Assembly (NCBI GenBank): GCA_965277405.1
Contig: OZ255726.1
Location: 1,312,001-1,376,000 of the forward strand
Direction of reading: 5' to 3'
Length of the DNA: 64,000 nucleotides
Origin: Gammaproteobacteria bacterium
GTDB taxonomy: Bacteria; Pseudomonadota; Gammaproteobacteria; G965277405
Under the pieces are notes generated by a model. That model was not told the origin of the DNA and ran no database searches. It was given only the letters and a program-made list of their open reading frames with translations. How positions within the stretch are numbered: the stretch's first letter is position 1; the number at the start of each line of letters is the position of its first letter. Made by a program: the position numbers and the translations under genes. Positions 22,235 to 33,018 of this stretch are shown here, piece by piece.

Positions 22235-22397
22235 CAAACCTCTGATTAAATCCATGATGGGGGTAACGGAGCAAAAACGCTGCGCGCACGTTGTTGCAGC
22301 ACCGATAATGCCCACCAGTATTATCTGCGCACTGCTCCTAGCTAGCATTGAAAATTACCGACAAACTCGCTCCATCAGCGCCTTAATTAGAAATTCC
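22235..22397 (-). mobile_element. Degenerate, internally deleted and rearranged MITE (163 bp)
   Basis: Degenerate TIRs; CTAA on both sides (22231-34, 22398-401), the left one containing the pssA stop codon. Confidence 0.8.
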
Positions 22398-22426
22398 CTA
22401 ACACAGTTTATATCCAGAACACTGTT

Positions 22427-23635
22427 ATGAAAACACAACCACAACCAGACGCACAAGGCCATTTTGGTGATTTTGGAGGGAGATATGTTCCAGAAACTTT
22501 AATTCCGCTCATATTAGAACTTGAGCAAGCATATGCTCAGTTTCAACAGGACGCAGCATCACAACAACAATTTGCGCGATTACGCAAACACTATATCGGC
22601 AGACCCTCACCATTATACCATGCGCAGCGGCTCAGCGATGTATTGGGTGGTGCACAGATTTATTGCAAACGTGAGGAGCTAAACCATACCGGTTCTCATA
22701 AAATTAATAATTGTGTTGGACAGATTCTGTTAGCACGTTTTATGGGGAAAACGCGGATTATTGCCGAAACTGGCGCAGGTCAACACGGCGTTGCTGCGGC
22801 AACTGTGTGTGCGCTATTTGATTTACCATGCATTGTGTATATGGGTAAAAAAGATATTGTTCGTCAAAGTTCAAATGTGTTTCGCATGAAATTATTGGGT
22901 GCAGAAGTGCGTGCAGTTGATGCGGGAATGGCAACATTAAAGAATGCAATGAACGCAGCATTACGTGATTGGGCAAGCAACACTGACGACACCTACTACT
23001 GTATTGGCACAGCCGCAGGACCGCATCCGTACCCGCAAATAGTCAGGGATTTTCAGCGGATTATTGGTGATGAAGCGCGTGAGGAATTCATCGAAATTAC
23101 TGGAAAACTACCAGATACTGTTGTGGCCTGCATCGGTGGTGGCTCGAATGCAATAGGCATGTTCTATAGCTTTCTTGCGGATGACGTGCGCTTAATTGGT
23201 GTTGAAGCAGGTGGACTTGGTGTTGACACCGGGCATCATGCCGCATCGATTAACGCTGGCAAACCTGGTGTATTACACGGCAATAAAACATATTTATTGC
23301 AAAGCGACGATGGGCAAATCAACGATGCTTTTTCAATTTCTGCTGGCTTAGATTATCCAGGGATTGGTCCTGAGCATGCCCTGCTCCACCAGCAAGGTCG
23401 CGTTCACTATGTCTCGGTGACCGATTCAGAAGCGCTTGATGGATTTACCTTGATGTGTCAAACAGAAGGGATTATTCCAGCGTTAGAGCCTGCGCATGCG
23501 ATAGCATATATTAAAAAAATTGCGCACGCAGCAGGTAAAAATCACACTATACTCATGAACTTATGTGGCAGAGGCGATAAGGATATTAATACGGTAGCCG
23601 AGCGCTTGGGTGTTTCTTTGGAGGGTAATGAATGA
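22427..23635 (+). CDS. trpB: Tryptophan synthase beta chain
   Basis: [51 protein letters not shown]. Confidence 0.98.
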   Translation: MKTQPQPDAQGHFGDFGGRYVPETLIPLILELEQAYAQFQQDAASQQQFARLRKHYIGRPSPLYHAQRLSDVLGGAQIYCKREELNHTGSHKINNCVGQILLARFMGKTRIIAETGAGQHGVAAATVCALFDLPCIVYMGKKDIVRQSSNVFRMKLLGAEVRAVDAGMATLKNAMNAALRDWASNTDDTYYCIGTAAGPHPYPQIVRDFQRIIGDEAREEFIEITGKLPDTVVACIGGGSNAIGMFYSFLADDVRLIGVEAGGLGVDTGHHAASINAGKPGVLHGNKTYLLQSDDGQINDAFSISAGLDYPGIGPEHALLHQQGRVHYVSVTDSEALDGFTLMCQTEGIIPALEPAHAIAYIKKIAHAAGKNHTILMNLCGRGDKDINTVAERLGVSLEGNE

Positions 23636-24423
23636 GTAATATTGCAGATACTTTTACCCAGCTGGCAGCACAACAAGCAACAGGGTTTATCCCGTTTATC
23701 ATGGCAGGAGACCCCGACTTTGCAATCTTTGCAAAAAATCTTGCAGCAATCGCCAACAATGGCGCTGATATCATTGAAATCGGCATGCCGTTTTCTGATC
23801 CAGTTGCTGATGGCGTGACCATTCAAGCAGCTGGAACGCGTGCCTTAGCTGCTGGGTTTACCATGCCAAAGCTATTTGCCTCAATCCAACAGTTTCGTAC
23901 GGCATATGATATTCCAATTGTATTGATGGGATATTTCAATCCTATCTTACAAATGGGGGTGGATGCGTTTTTTCAAAGATGTGCTCGCACGGGAGTCGAC
24001 GGGGCTATCATTGTTGATTTGCCAATGGAAGAAGAAGCAGATTCACGTTGTGCTGCTAAGCAACACCACGTTGACTTGATCAGATTGATTCCCCCAACCT
24101 GCGATGAAAATCGCATCAAAAAACTTGTCCAAGGTATAAGTGGGTATATATATCTTGTCAGTGTGGCTGGCATAACCGGCGATAAAACAGCGCAGCTTGA
24201 CACGGTAGCCACTATTGCGAAAACTATTCGTGGCTGTTCTCCATTGCCAATAGCTGTCGGCTTTGGTATTCGCACGGCTGCACAGGCCAGCGCGTTTAGA
24301 CAAGTGGTGGATGGAGTTGTTGTTGGTTCAGCGATTGTCAGCAAGATTGCCGAAGATGCAAGCAATGCGCCAACGAGTATTGGTCGTTATTGCCAGACCA
24401 TGGCGCAGGCTTTACATGGATAG
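23632..24423 (+). CDS. trpA: Tryptophan synthase alpha chain
   Basis: [41 protein letters not shown]. Confidence 0.97.
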   Translation: MSNIADTFTQLAAQQATGFIPFIMAGDPDFAIFAKNLAAIANNGADIIEIGMPFSDPVADGVTIQAAGTRALAAGFTMPKLFASIQQFRTAYDIPIVLMGYFNPILQMGVDAFFQRCARTGVDGAIIVDLPMEEEADSRCAAKQHHVDLIRLIPPTCDENRIKKLVQGISGYIYLVSVAGITGDKTAQLDTVATIAKTIRGCSPLPIAVGFGIRTAAQASAFRQVVDGVVVGSAIVSKIAEDASNAPTSIGRYCQTMAQALHG

Positions 24424-24452
24424 CATGATGAAATACGCACAATACTGAGTCG

Positions 24453-25418
24453 ATGATAAGCCAGACACTTATTACAATTTCTACAGTCGAGCGTTCGTAT
24501 ACGTTGTCGCTGACTAAACTGATGCGTCGATTTGTTTTTAGCATCATTGCTGTAATCTTTTTACTTATTGCGGTTGGCTTTTCATTAAGTTATTGGTTGC
24601 AGAATTCATTGATTGCACAAGAAAAACACAAGGAAGCACTCGAGCAAGTTGTCGATAAACTCCGTTCAAATATTGTTGATAAAAATAGTTCATTGGAAGA
24701 ACTGGAGGAGCTGATTGGTCAGTATCAAGACGGTCTGCAAAAAATTGATGAGCTGGAACAACTCGTTGGCATAAACACACCAGTAGACACTGAGCAGGAT
24801 AATACTGCCCTGCCAGCAGATATTGACAAACGCATAATGCTGGCGAGACAGAAGCTGATAGAACGGCAGTTATACTTGTATAAAATACCGAATGGTCGCC
24901 CTTTCAGCTATGCCAAAATCAAAGTGACAAGCGGGTATGGTATGCGGATTCATCCAGTGACTGGTAAAAGACACATGCACTATGGCATTGATTATCGACT
25001 ACCAATTGGGACGGAAATTAAAGCGCCAGCAGACGGAGTTATAGAATTTGCAGGGTTGAATCGTGGCGGTTATGGAAAATTAGTTCGAGTCCAGCATAGT
25101 TTTGGTTTTCAAACAAAATATGGACACTTGAGTAAGATTCTGGTAAAACGTGGACAGTACGTGCGTAAAGGTTCGGTGATAGCAAAATCCGGCAACACAG
25201 GCATTAGCACAGGTCCGCATCTGCATTATGAAGTTGAGTTTTTGCGGCGCCGCGTTAATCCGAAAAATTTTGTGCTTTGGAATATGGATAATTATGAGAG
25301 TCTTTTTATTAACGAGGAAAAAATACCATGGGCAATGTTACTAACTCCGCCGATCATTTTTCAGAAACTGATGGAACAACAGTCATTACTGACGGATGCC
25401 ACCTTACTGGAGAAATAA
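24453..25418 (+). CDS. M23 family peptidase with TM anchor and coiled coil (Csd1/LmdC-like)
   Basis: TSGYGMRIHPV, HYGID, YGHL, GNTGISTGPHLHYEV. Confidence 0.9.
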   Translation: MISQTLITISTVERSYTLSLTKLMRRFVFSIIAVIFLLIAVGFSLSYWLQNSLIAQEKHKEALEQVVDKLRSNIVDKNSSLEELEELIGQYQDGLQKIDELEQLVGINTPVDTEQDNTALPADIDKRIMLARQKLIERQLYLYKIPNGRPFSYAKIKVTSGYGMRIHPVTGKRHMHYGIDYRLPIGTEIKAPADGVIEFAGLNRGGYGKLVRVQHSFGFQTKYGHLSKILVKRGQYVRKGSVIAKSGNTGISTGPHLHYEVEFLRRRVNPKNFVLWNMDNYESLFINEEKIPWAMLLTPPIIFQKLMEQQSLLTDATLLEK

Positions 25419-25681
25419 GCGTATCTGGTAATATGTACATTAGCGGCACTATAGATGGTAATGTTTCATCTAAAGCAACTGTTGTCATCACCTCAATTGG
25501 GAAAATGATTGGTAATATTACTGCAAAATCTGCGATTGTAAAAGGAACTGTCGAAGGTGGTGTAGAAGTAAATCATTTGGAAATCATGGCAGGCGGCAAA
25601 GTTAATGGTACCATCAAAGCATCCACATGTGCCATTGAGCTAGGTGGGATTCATATTGGCGCTGCACTTATCAAATTGTGA
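25328..25681 (+). CDS. Bactofilin (CcmA-like)
   Basis: TVI-G--L-GEI---G-MYISG-IDG beta-helix repeats. Confidence 0.85.
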   Translation: MGNVTNSADHFSETDGTTVITDGCHLTGEISVSGNMYISGTIDGNVSSKATVVITSIGKMIGNITAKSAIVKGTVEGGVEVNHLEIMAGGKVNGTIKASTCAIELGGIHIGAALIKL

Positions 25682-25688
25682 ATAACAG

Positions 25689-26237
25689 ATGTTTAAAAAA
25701 GTAAAAACAACAGAATCTTCAATACCAGCAAATCTTAAAAATGGAAAAAAGTCTTTCATTTTTAAAAATATTATTATTGATGGGAATGTTAAATTTCGCG
25801 ATACGTTCATCATCAATGGAACTATTAACGGTGATGTAATAGCCTATGCAGGTCAAAACAATGTGCTTGAAGTTGGCGGTTCTGGAAAAATAAATGGCAA
25901 CATTGTCTGCGATCAGCTTATTGCTAATGGTTATATTAAAGGGTCAATTGAAGGCAAATTAGTCGTAGTCCAACCGCAAGCGCAAGTGAGCGGCCAGATT
26001 AGCTACGAACAGATTGAAGTGAAAATTGGCGCGCAAATCAATGGGCAACTGATGCCGATTGCATCACAGAAAGCCGATGCCAAGAAAAAAACCATAATTA
26101 CAGGGTTGGTGAATCAAGATGCTAAGAAAGACGCAAATACCGCGAATCCCAAAAAAAATAGCTTAGAAAATAAAGCAAATACAACAGCGGTAAAGCCGCC
26201 AATTATGTCTCCTATCAAGCCCACAATTGGCAAATAG
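25689..26237 (+). CDS. Bactofilin with a Lys-rich C-terminal tail
   Basis: IDGNVKF----INGTINGDV...GKINGNI...GAQING. Confidence 0.85.
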   Translation: MFKKVKTTESSIPANLKNGKKSFIFKNIIIDGNVKFRDTFIINGTINGDVIAYAGQNNVLEVGGSGKINGNIVCDQLIANGYIKGSIEGKLVVVQPQAQVSGQISYEQIEVKIGAQINGQLMPIASQKADAKKKTIITGLVNQDAKKDANTANPKKNSLENKANTTAVKPPIMSPIKPTIGK

Positions 26238-26268
26238 CATGCAAGCCAAATGATTGCCGACTAGCTAA

Positions 26269-26553
26269 GGAGCCTCTGATTAAGTCGCTGATGGAGCGAG
26301 TTCGCCTGCAATTGCTGGTGATTGCAAGGCGCATTCCGCAGGCGCATGCCGTAGCATATACGCCAAGGGATACAACACAGCAATTGCAGCAATTGTAGGC
26401 AAACCGTTATATATTCAACAGAAGGACGGGAAAAAACGCTGCGCTAACGTCGTTGCAGCACCCACAAGACCACCAGTATTATCAAGTGCTGCGCTTAAGT
26501 TTCATCAGCGTTTTTTCTTCGTCTCGCCCATCATGGACTTAATCAGAGGTTTC
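26269..26553 (+). mobile_element. MITE, full copy (285 bp)
   Basis: TIRs ggagcctctgattaag / cttaatcagaggtttc; flanks CTAA/CAAA. Confidence 0.9.
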
Positions 26554-26730
26554 CAAAACACAACAACCACATTTTCATCCAGTAGTTTATTATTAGTTGA
26601 TTTGTTTGAGTTGCTGACGGCAAATATGTCTACTCTCCGCGTGCTGCCATAAGTGTGAATTGGGTGATGGGTAACGCTTGCATGTATTGAGAGGCGGTGG
26701 TAATAGCATTTGCAAAAAGATCAGCTAGCA

Positions 26731-29700
26731 TCACAGTAATAATAACGCGACAATATCTTCAACTGAACGAATGCGGTTCTCACCGTGTTGAAAGTCTCCC
26801 TTGATCTGTAAATTATTGCTATCAGTGAGTTTGAACGTCCGCGGGTTACGCTGCACCTGTTGAATAACCAGTGCAGGATCAACAGAAGTTGTATCAGTAA
26901 ATGTAATACGGACAGTAGATGTATTGGCTTTTATCAAACTGATACCAATATCTTGGCATTGAATTCTTAGTTTAGTGGTGCGTATCAGCCATTGAGACGT
27001 AAGCGGTAAGCTGCCGAAACGGTCGATAATTTCGACACGGATTGCCTGTAATTCATCAATAGTTTGGCAATTGGCAATCCTCTTATACAACACCAGGCGC
27101 ACGTTGACATCTGGAAGAAAGTCCTCAGGAAAAATTGCTCCTATGCCCAAATCAACGTTGCTGCGACTGTTGTGTTGTTGGTCGATGGTAATATCTTCAC
27201 CGCGCTGAATGGCTTGGGTTGCTTGTTCAAGCATGGACATATACATACTAAAACCAATCCGCTCAATCTGCCCGCTTTGCTCATCACCAAGCAGCTCACC
27301 TGCACCCCTAATTTCTAAATCATGGCTGGCAAGAATAAAACCAGCGCCAAGCGTATTGGCGGCGCTTAAGGCTTCTAGCCGTTTTTGTGCGTCTTTGGTA
27401 TACACGGATGAAGTGAATAAATAGCAATACGCTTGGTGGGTCGAGCGCCCAACGCGACCGCGTAATTGGTGCATTTGTGCAAGACCAAACCTATCTGCCC
27501 GTTCAATAATAATAGTGTTGGCATTGGCAATATCGATACCAGTTTCAATAATGGTTGTGCACAGTAATACATTGCATTGTCGCTGATAAAACCGCGACAT
27601 TGTTTGTTCTAGTTGACGTTCTGGCATTTGTCCATGTGCCACCAGAATTTGCGCTTCTGGTAGTAGCTTACAGAGTTGCTCAAGCCGCAGCTGAATTGAC
27701 TGCACCCGGTTATGGACAATGTAGACTTGACCACCACGAACAATTTCTCGTAATACTGCCTCGCGCAAAATATAGCTGTCTTCGGTATGAATAAATGTCT
27801 TCACCGGCAGTCTATTATGCGGTGGTGTGGCGATGATAGATAAGTCGCGCAGCCCAGAGATTGCCATATTTAAGGTACGCGGAATTGGGGTGGCAGTCAG
27901 CGTTAAAATATCAACTTCGCTGCGCAATGATTTTAATTGCTCTTTTTGATTGACCCCAAATCGGTGCTCTTCATCGATGATAACCAGCCCAAGCGCAACA
28001 AAATTTTCTCGCTTGTGCAGCAGTCCGTGCGTACCAATCACTATATCAATTTTTTTGTTTTTTAACTTTGCAAAAATCGTAGCGTGTTCAGCAGTGTTAA
28101 ATCTAGACGCCATCGCTATTTCAATGGGATAATCAGCAAAACGATCGCGGAATGAGTTGAAATGTTGCTGGGCGAGTAATGTTGTTGGCACCAACATCGC
28201 AATTTGATTGTTACTTTTTGCAGCTAAAAAAGCAGCCCGCATCGCAACTTCTGTTTTACCAAAACCGACATCACCGCATATCAAGCGGTCCATTTTTCGA
28301 TCCGAGGTCATATCATTGATGACAGCGTGAATGCTTTGCTGTTGATCAACCGTTACTGTAAACGGGAACGCGCTTGCAAATGCCAGATAGTCAGAGTCAG
28401 GTGCGGCAAATTGAATGCCTTTTGCCGCCTTGCGCCGCGCGTGAATAGACAACAACTGCGCGGCAACATCTTTAGCTTTCTCAAAGGCCTTGTCGCGCGC
28501 TTTTTTCCAGTTTTGCGCGCCGAGCTTATCCAGCCTTACTGCGTCGTTGTTCTTACCAGCGTAACGTGATATAAGGTGTAAATCTGTTACAGTAATATAC
28601 AGTTTTTGACCTTCAGCGTATTCAATTAACAGAAATTCATCAACAATGCCATCATGGTCAATCGTTGTTAGTCCTGCATATTTGCCGATGCCGTGTTGCA
28701 GATGGACAACCAGCGCACCTTCGCGCAGTTCGACAATGTCTTTGACTACATGCTCTATATTGGTTGCTGGTTGCTGGTGACGGGCGCTAGTAATATGTTG
28801 TCCGTATAAATTACGTTCGGTAATGACCGCCATTGTATCGGTTTGCCAACCATCAGTAAGACCACCATGAGTAATACCAATTGCAGCATGCGACTGCTGC
28901 CAAGCATCCCACGAAGCAATGCTTGCTGGTTGCACGCCATGCTCACGCAGCAGCTCATCGATAATTTCTGTACGGCCTCTACTTGTGCATACAAACAAAC
29001 ACCGCTGCGTAGGTGATTGCGCTAACAACTGTTGTATTGGTGCCAACGGCTGTTCTTTTTTTGCATTGATTTGAATGTTGGGTAATTCGGTTATATCGAG
29101 TTTGATTGTTTGCGCCGTCGCCCGCGAATAGTGGCGAATTTGCGGGTATTGCCTAGCGTCATTGATGAAATCATCAAAGCGCAGATATAACTCATCTGGT
29201 GGGATAAAGGCAGTATGCGCATCAATGTTGACTGCAGCATAACGCCGCTGCGCATCGCTATAAAAAGTATCGGCGCTTGACTGCGCATCGGCGTCGATAC
29301 ATAGCAGCGTTTGCTCTGGCATATAGTCAAGCAAAGACTCTAACGGCCCATACAACAGCGGCAAGAAGTATTCGATGCCTTGACACGTTGTTCCAGATTG
29401 CATTTGCTGATAGACATAACTGTCACGAGAGGCGCCAGCAAAACGCGTCTGCCATTGTTGTTTAAAATGCAGCATTGTCGCTGCGTTCAGCACGGCTTCT
29501 GAAGTCGGTAATATTTGCAACTCTGCAACGCGAGCCACAGTGCGCTGTGTTTGGACATCAAAGGTGCGGATTGACTCGATGGTATCATCAAAAAAATCAA
29601 GGCGGATACCGTGTTGATAGCTCATCGGGTAAATATCAACCAACGAGCCGCGCACACTGAATTCACCTGGCTCATACACATTATCAACGCGACGATAGCC

Positions 29701-30144
29701 ATTAATAATGAAGTGTTTTTGGATAAGTTGCGGGCTTGATTGCTGACCAACGGCATACAGTATCGTGTTGCCGAGCAATTGCCTGCGCGGTGCAAGACGG
29801 GTGATAGCAGTATCGATAGCGGTTACAATGACATGTTGGCCAGCCATGCTTTGCATGCCATGGAGAATGCGCAGCCGTTGCGACACTATGTGTTGTGGCG
29901 GTGAAAATGCATCGTATGGCAGGGTTTCCCAAGAAGGGAAAACATGGACAGTTAGCCCACCATAAAACAGCAATGCCTCAGCAATTTCTTCTGCTTCATT
30001 GGCATGGTTAGCTACCATCACAATCAAGCGGTCTGATTGTTGTGCTATTGCATGCAGCGCGTAGGCAAAACCACTAGCAGACTCAGTGTAGAATCTGCGG
30101 ATGTCATGGGCTTTATTTGGAATGTGTTGTTGGGTTATCGGCAC
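26731..30144 (-). CDS. mfd: Transcription-repair coupling factor
   Basis: WETLPYD, CGDVGFGKTEVAMRAA, DEEHRFGV, TATPIPRT, QLRGRVGRS, DLEIRGAGELLG. Confidence 0.97.
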   Translation of the reverse strand: MPITQQHIPNKAHDIRRFYTESASGFAYALHAIAQQSDRLIVMVANHANEAEEIAEALLFYGGLTVHVFPSWETLPYDAFSPPQHIVSQRLRILHGMQSMAGQHVIVTAIDTAITRLAPRRQLLGNTILYAVGQQSSPQLIQKHFIINGYRRVDNVYEPGEFSVRGSLVDIYPMSYQHGIRLDFFDDTIESIRTFDVQTQRTVARVAELQILPTSEAVLNAATMLHFKQQWQTRFAGASRDSYVYQQMQSGTTCQGIEYFLPLLYGPLESLLDYMPEQTLLCIDADAQSSADTFYSDAQRRYAAVNIDAHTAFIPPDELYLRFDDFINDARQYPQIRHYSRATAQTIKLDITELPNIQINAKKEQPLAPIQQLLAQSPTQRCLFVCTSRGRTEIIDELLREHGVQPASIASWDAWQQSHAAIGITHGGLTDGWQTDTMAVITERNLYGQHITSARHQQPATNIEHVVKDIVELREGALVVHLQHGIGKYAGLTTIDHDGIVDEFLLIEYAEGQKLYITVTDLHLISRYAGKNNDAVRLDKLGAQNWKKARDKAFEKAKDVAAQLLSIHARRKAAKGIQFAAPDSDYLAFASAFPFTVTVDQQQSIHAVINDMTSDRKMDRLICGDVGFGKTEVAMRAAFLAAKSNNQIAMLVPTTLLAQQHFNSFRDRFADYPIEIAMASRFNTAEHATIFAKLKNKKIDIVIGTHGLLHKRENFVALGLVIIDEEHRFGVNQKEQLKSLRSEVDILTLTATPIPRTLNMAISGLRDLSIIATPPHNRLPVKTFIHTEDSYILREAVLREIVRGGQVYIVHNRVQSIQLRLEQLCKLLPEAQILVAHGQMPERQLEQTMSRFYQRQCNVLLCTTIIETGIDIANANTIIIERADRFGLAQMHQLRGRVGRSTHQAYCYLFTSSVYTKDAQKRLEALSAANTLGAGFILASHDLEIRGAGELLGDEQSGQIERIGFSMYMSMLEQATQAIQRGEDITIDQQHNSRSNVDLGIGAIFPEDFLPDVNVRLVLYKRIANCQTIDELQAIRVEIIDRFGSLPLTSQWLIRTTKLRIQCQDIGISLIKANTSTVRITFTDTTSVDPALVIQQVQRNPRTFKLTDSNNLQIKGDFQHGENRIRSVEDIVALLLL

Positions 30145-30180
30145 GTATATAGTTTGTGTAAATATTTTAAACGCGGGATA

Positions 30181-31251
30181 TTACTGATATTGCGTGGGAA
30201 AACAAACAAGATGAACCATCGCAAAGCGAATACCGACCTGGCTGCCAATTTCATACACTTGGTGGCTTGGCGTATTGCAATATATCCGCACATTTTGTTG
30301 TGCCAAGGTATATAAAAAATTAGCACCATGAAACTGCCTTTCAATAATATCCAACTGCGCTACGGCGACAGGGTCAATACATACATCATCGGGGCGTATC
30401 AAGATGTCCACGGTATCACCGACATGCCAACTAGTTGTGGTATGACCGCTAATAGGGCCTAAGGAGGTGCTCACGGTCATCTGTGTGCCTTTTATATATT
30501 CAATGATTGCAGGAAGAAACACCCCTTGACCAACAAAGCTTGCCACGAAACGATCCACAGGTTTATGGTAGACGTTGTAGACAGCATCCCATTGTAATAT
30601 ATTGCCATTGTTGATCACTCCAACGTAGTCACAAAGGTGAAGTGTCTCAATTTGGTCATGAGAAATAACAATACCAGTGATTTGTTCTGCACGCATCAGC
30701 GTGCGTAGCACTCGTGATAAATAATTGCGCAGGGCGCTGTCTTGGCTGCTAAATGGTTCATCCAACAATACCAAGCGCGGGCTGGGGGCCAATGATCGCG
30801 CCAGTGCTGCCCGTTGTTGCTGTCCGCCACTGAGCTGATGTTGGTATTTGTCTAAATGCGCAGAGATACGTAACTTTTGAGCAAGATCAGCGACACGTTG
30901 TAGTTGTGTGTCTGCTGATTTGTGGCGAATGCCAAAGGCGATGTTTTGGCGGATAGTCATATGGGGGAACAATGCCAAGTCTTGAAATAACACGCCCGTA
31001 TCACGATATTCAGGGGCAATATTTATCTGCTGGTCAGCATCCCACATTGGGGCGCCATTCATTATGATTGTGCCGCCTTCTGGATTTACAAAGCCACTGA
31101 TTGCCATAACCAAACTCGATTTACCAGCACCGCTTGGACCAAGAATTCCTGAGATTGCCCCCTGTGGAATTGCCAATGAAATATTGTTCAGTACAGCAGT
31201 GTTATCGTATAATACACTGAGTTTCTCAACAGTAATATATGCTGGGTGCAT
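30181..31251 (-). CDS. fbpC: Fe3+ ABC transporter ATP-binding protein
   Basis: GPSGAGKS, FQDLALFPH, LSGGQQQR, LLDEPFS, TOBE-like tail; operon context. Confidence 0.85.
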   Translation of the reverse strand: MHPAYITVEKLSVLYDNTAVLNNISLAIPQGAISGILGPSGAGKSSLVMAISGFVNPEGGTIIMNGAPMWDADQQINIAPEYRDTGVLFQDLALFPHMTIRQNIAFGIRHKSADTQLQRVADLAQKLRISAHLDKYQHQLSGGQQQRAALARSLAPSPRLVLLDEPFSSQDSALRNYLSRVLRTLMRAEQITGIVISHDQIETLHLCDYVGVINNGNILQWDAVYNVYHKPVDRFVASFVGQGVFLPAIIEYIKGTQMTVSTSLGPISGHTTTSWHVGDTVDILIRPDDVCIDPVAVAQLDIIERQFHGANFLYTLAQQNVRIYCNTPSHQVYEIGSQVGIRFAMVHLVCFPTQYQ

Positions 31252-31256
31252 GGAGC

Positions 31257-32846
31257 CTATGTGGTTTTAAATATCGATTTTCTTGATTGCGATAATAGCA
31301 CCACGCCTGCAATAATGCTCAGACAAATAATAGCTAAACTAGGTGGCGCAGCCAATGAATATGATTCTTCTTTCGCGTGTTCAAATGCGAAAATTGCTAA
31401 TGTATTAAATTGTATTGGACGCAGTACTAATGTTGCAGGAAGTTCTTTGACAACATCAATCCAAACCAACAACAATGCTGCGAACAGACTAGATTTGAAA
31501 ATAGGCAGATGAATTAGGCCAAATAATGTAACTGTGTTGGTATGTAACAACCGGGCGCTGTAGTCAATTGACAGGCTGATGCGTTGCAAGCCATTGTCTT
31601 GGGTATTGACAGCAACACGTAAAAATCGAATGGTATAGGCAAACAATAAAATTAAAATTGTGCCGCTGAAAACCAGTCCAATATCTATGCCAAATAGATA
31701 ATCAACAACGGTGTTGATTTGATTATCTATATAGCCGACTGGGTAGAGAATAGCAACGGCAATCACCACGCCTGGCATCGCATAGCCATATGCTGACAAA
31801 TGTATCAACCAATGGAGACTTCTCACTTTTGGGTTACGCAAGGCATATGCCAGCGGTAATGCTATTGCAACAATCAACAGACTGGCAGCGATGCAGATAC
31901 CGATTGTTGTGAAACTCAGCTGCCATAATTGCTGAAAATATAATTGCGATACCGAGCTCCAGATAAGCAACTGCGCTACTGGCAATATGAAACCCGCCAA
32001 CAACGGTAGACAACACACAGTTGTAACAAACCATTTGGACGCACCGTGGAGTTTTTGCGGCTGAAAAAAACTGATAGTTGGGGTATGATAGCGCTGTTTG
32101 TTGCGGCTGTAATGCTCCCATAAAACGACAATCATCACGATGATAACGAGCAGCCCTGCCAGCTGCGATGAGGTGTTGATATCACCAAGTCCATACCACG
32201 TGCGTATTACCCCAACTGCAATTGTTTGGATGCCTAAATAATCCATAGCGCCATATTCTGCAAGGGTTTCCATGACTATCAGCGACGCGCCAAGGGCTAT
32301 ATATGGGCGCGCAAATGGCAGGCCGACGCGGAAAAAAGCATGAATATAGCTATTACCAAGGCTTCTGCATGCGCGGATGATAGCTGGTAGTTGTTGTTCA
32401 AACGCATGTAACGCCAATACGTATACGTATGGATATAACACCAACGAGATAATAATAACAGCACCAACCATATTACCGACATTCACACTGCTGTTAAACA
32501 GCGTGCGCGTGATAGTGTAGCCGATGCCTTGATAGCTAAAAAAACCATCATATACAAAAGCAGCGACATACGTTGGAATCGCTAATGGCAGTACCAGTAA
32601 CCAACGCAATATTTTTTTTCCTGGAAACTCATAATGACTAATCAACCATGCCGCCGTTACGCCGATAATCACACTCAGCAGCCCGACGCCAACACCAACC
32701 ACAATGGTGTTGGTTATGTATGAAATAAGTAAGTATTGAGTGATATGCGACCACTGCGCCAGATCAATTAAAAAAAATGAAGTAAATAAATAAATTACAG
32801 GAGAGAGCACCAAAGCACACAACAACATCAACCAAAATTTCAACAT
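31257..32846 (-). CDS. fbpB: Fe3+ ABC transporter permease
   Basis: LPLAIPTYVAA, YPYVY, METLAEYG, GYAMPG, VKELPATLVLRP. Confidence 0.9.
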   Translation of the reverse strand: MLKFWLMLLCALVLSPVIYLFTSFFLIDLAQWSHITQYLLISYITNTIVVGVGVGLLSVIIGVTAAWLISHYEFPGKKILRWLLVLPLAIPTYVAAFVYDGFFSYQGIGYTITRTLFNSSVNVGNMVGAVIIISLVLYPYVYVLALHAFEQQLPAIIRACRSLGNSYIHAFFRVGLPFARPYIALGASLIVMETLAEYGAMDYLGIQTIAVGVIRTWYGLGDINTSSQLAGLLVIIVMIVVLWEHYSRNKQRYHTPTISFFQPQKLHGASKWFVTTVCCLPLLAGFILPVAQLLIWSSVSQLYFQQLWQLSFTTIGICIAASLLIVAIALPLAYALRNPKVRSLHWLIHLSAYGYAMPGVVIAVAILYPVGYIDNQINTVVDYLFGIDIGLVFSGTILILLFAYTIRFLRVAVNTQDNGLQRISLSIDYSARLLHTNTVTLFGLIHLPIFKSSLFAALLLVWIDVVKELPATLVLRPIQFNTLAIFAFEHAKEESYSLAAPPSLAIICLSIIAGVVLLSQSRKSIFKTT

Positions 32847-33018
32847 TAACTTAGCTTCCTTAGGTCATTGCCGGAGCGCAATGGCTGGTGGATGGCTGCT
32901 ATAAAATTGACAGTTAATGGTACTAACACCTGTTTGCCTCAGGCAGGCTAATATTAAGTTATTAGTAATGCCCAAGGAAGCTATGATTGAATAGTTTAGG
33001 CAATCCTGTACATACGAG

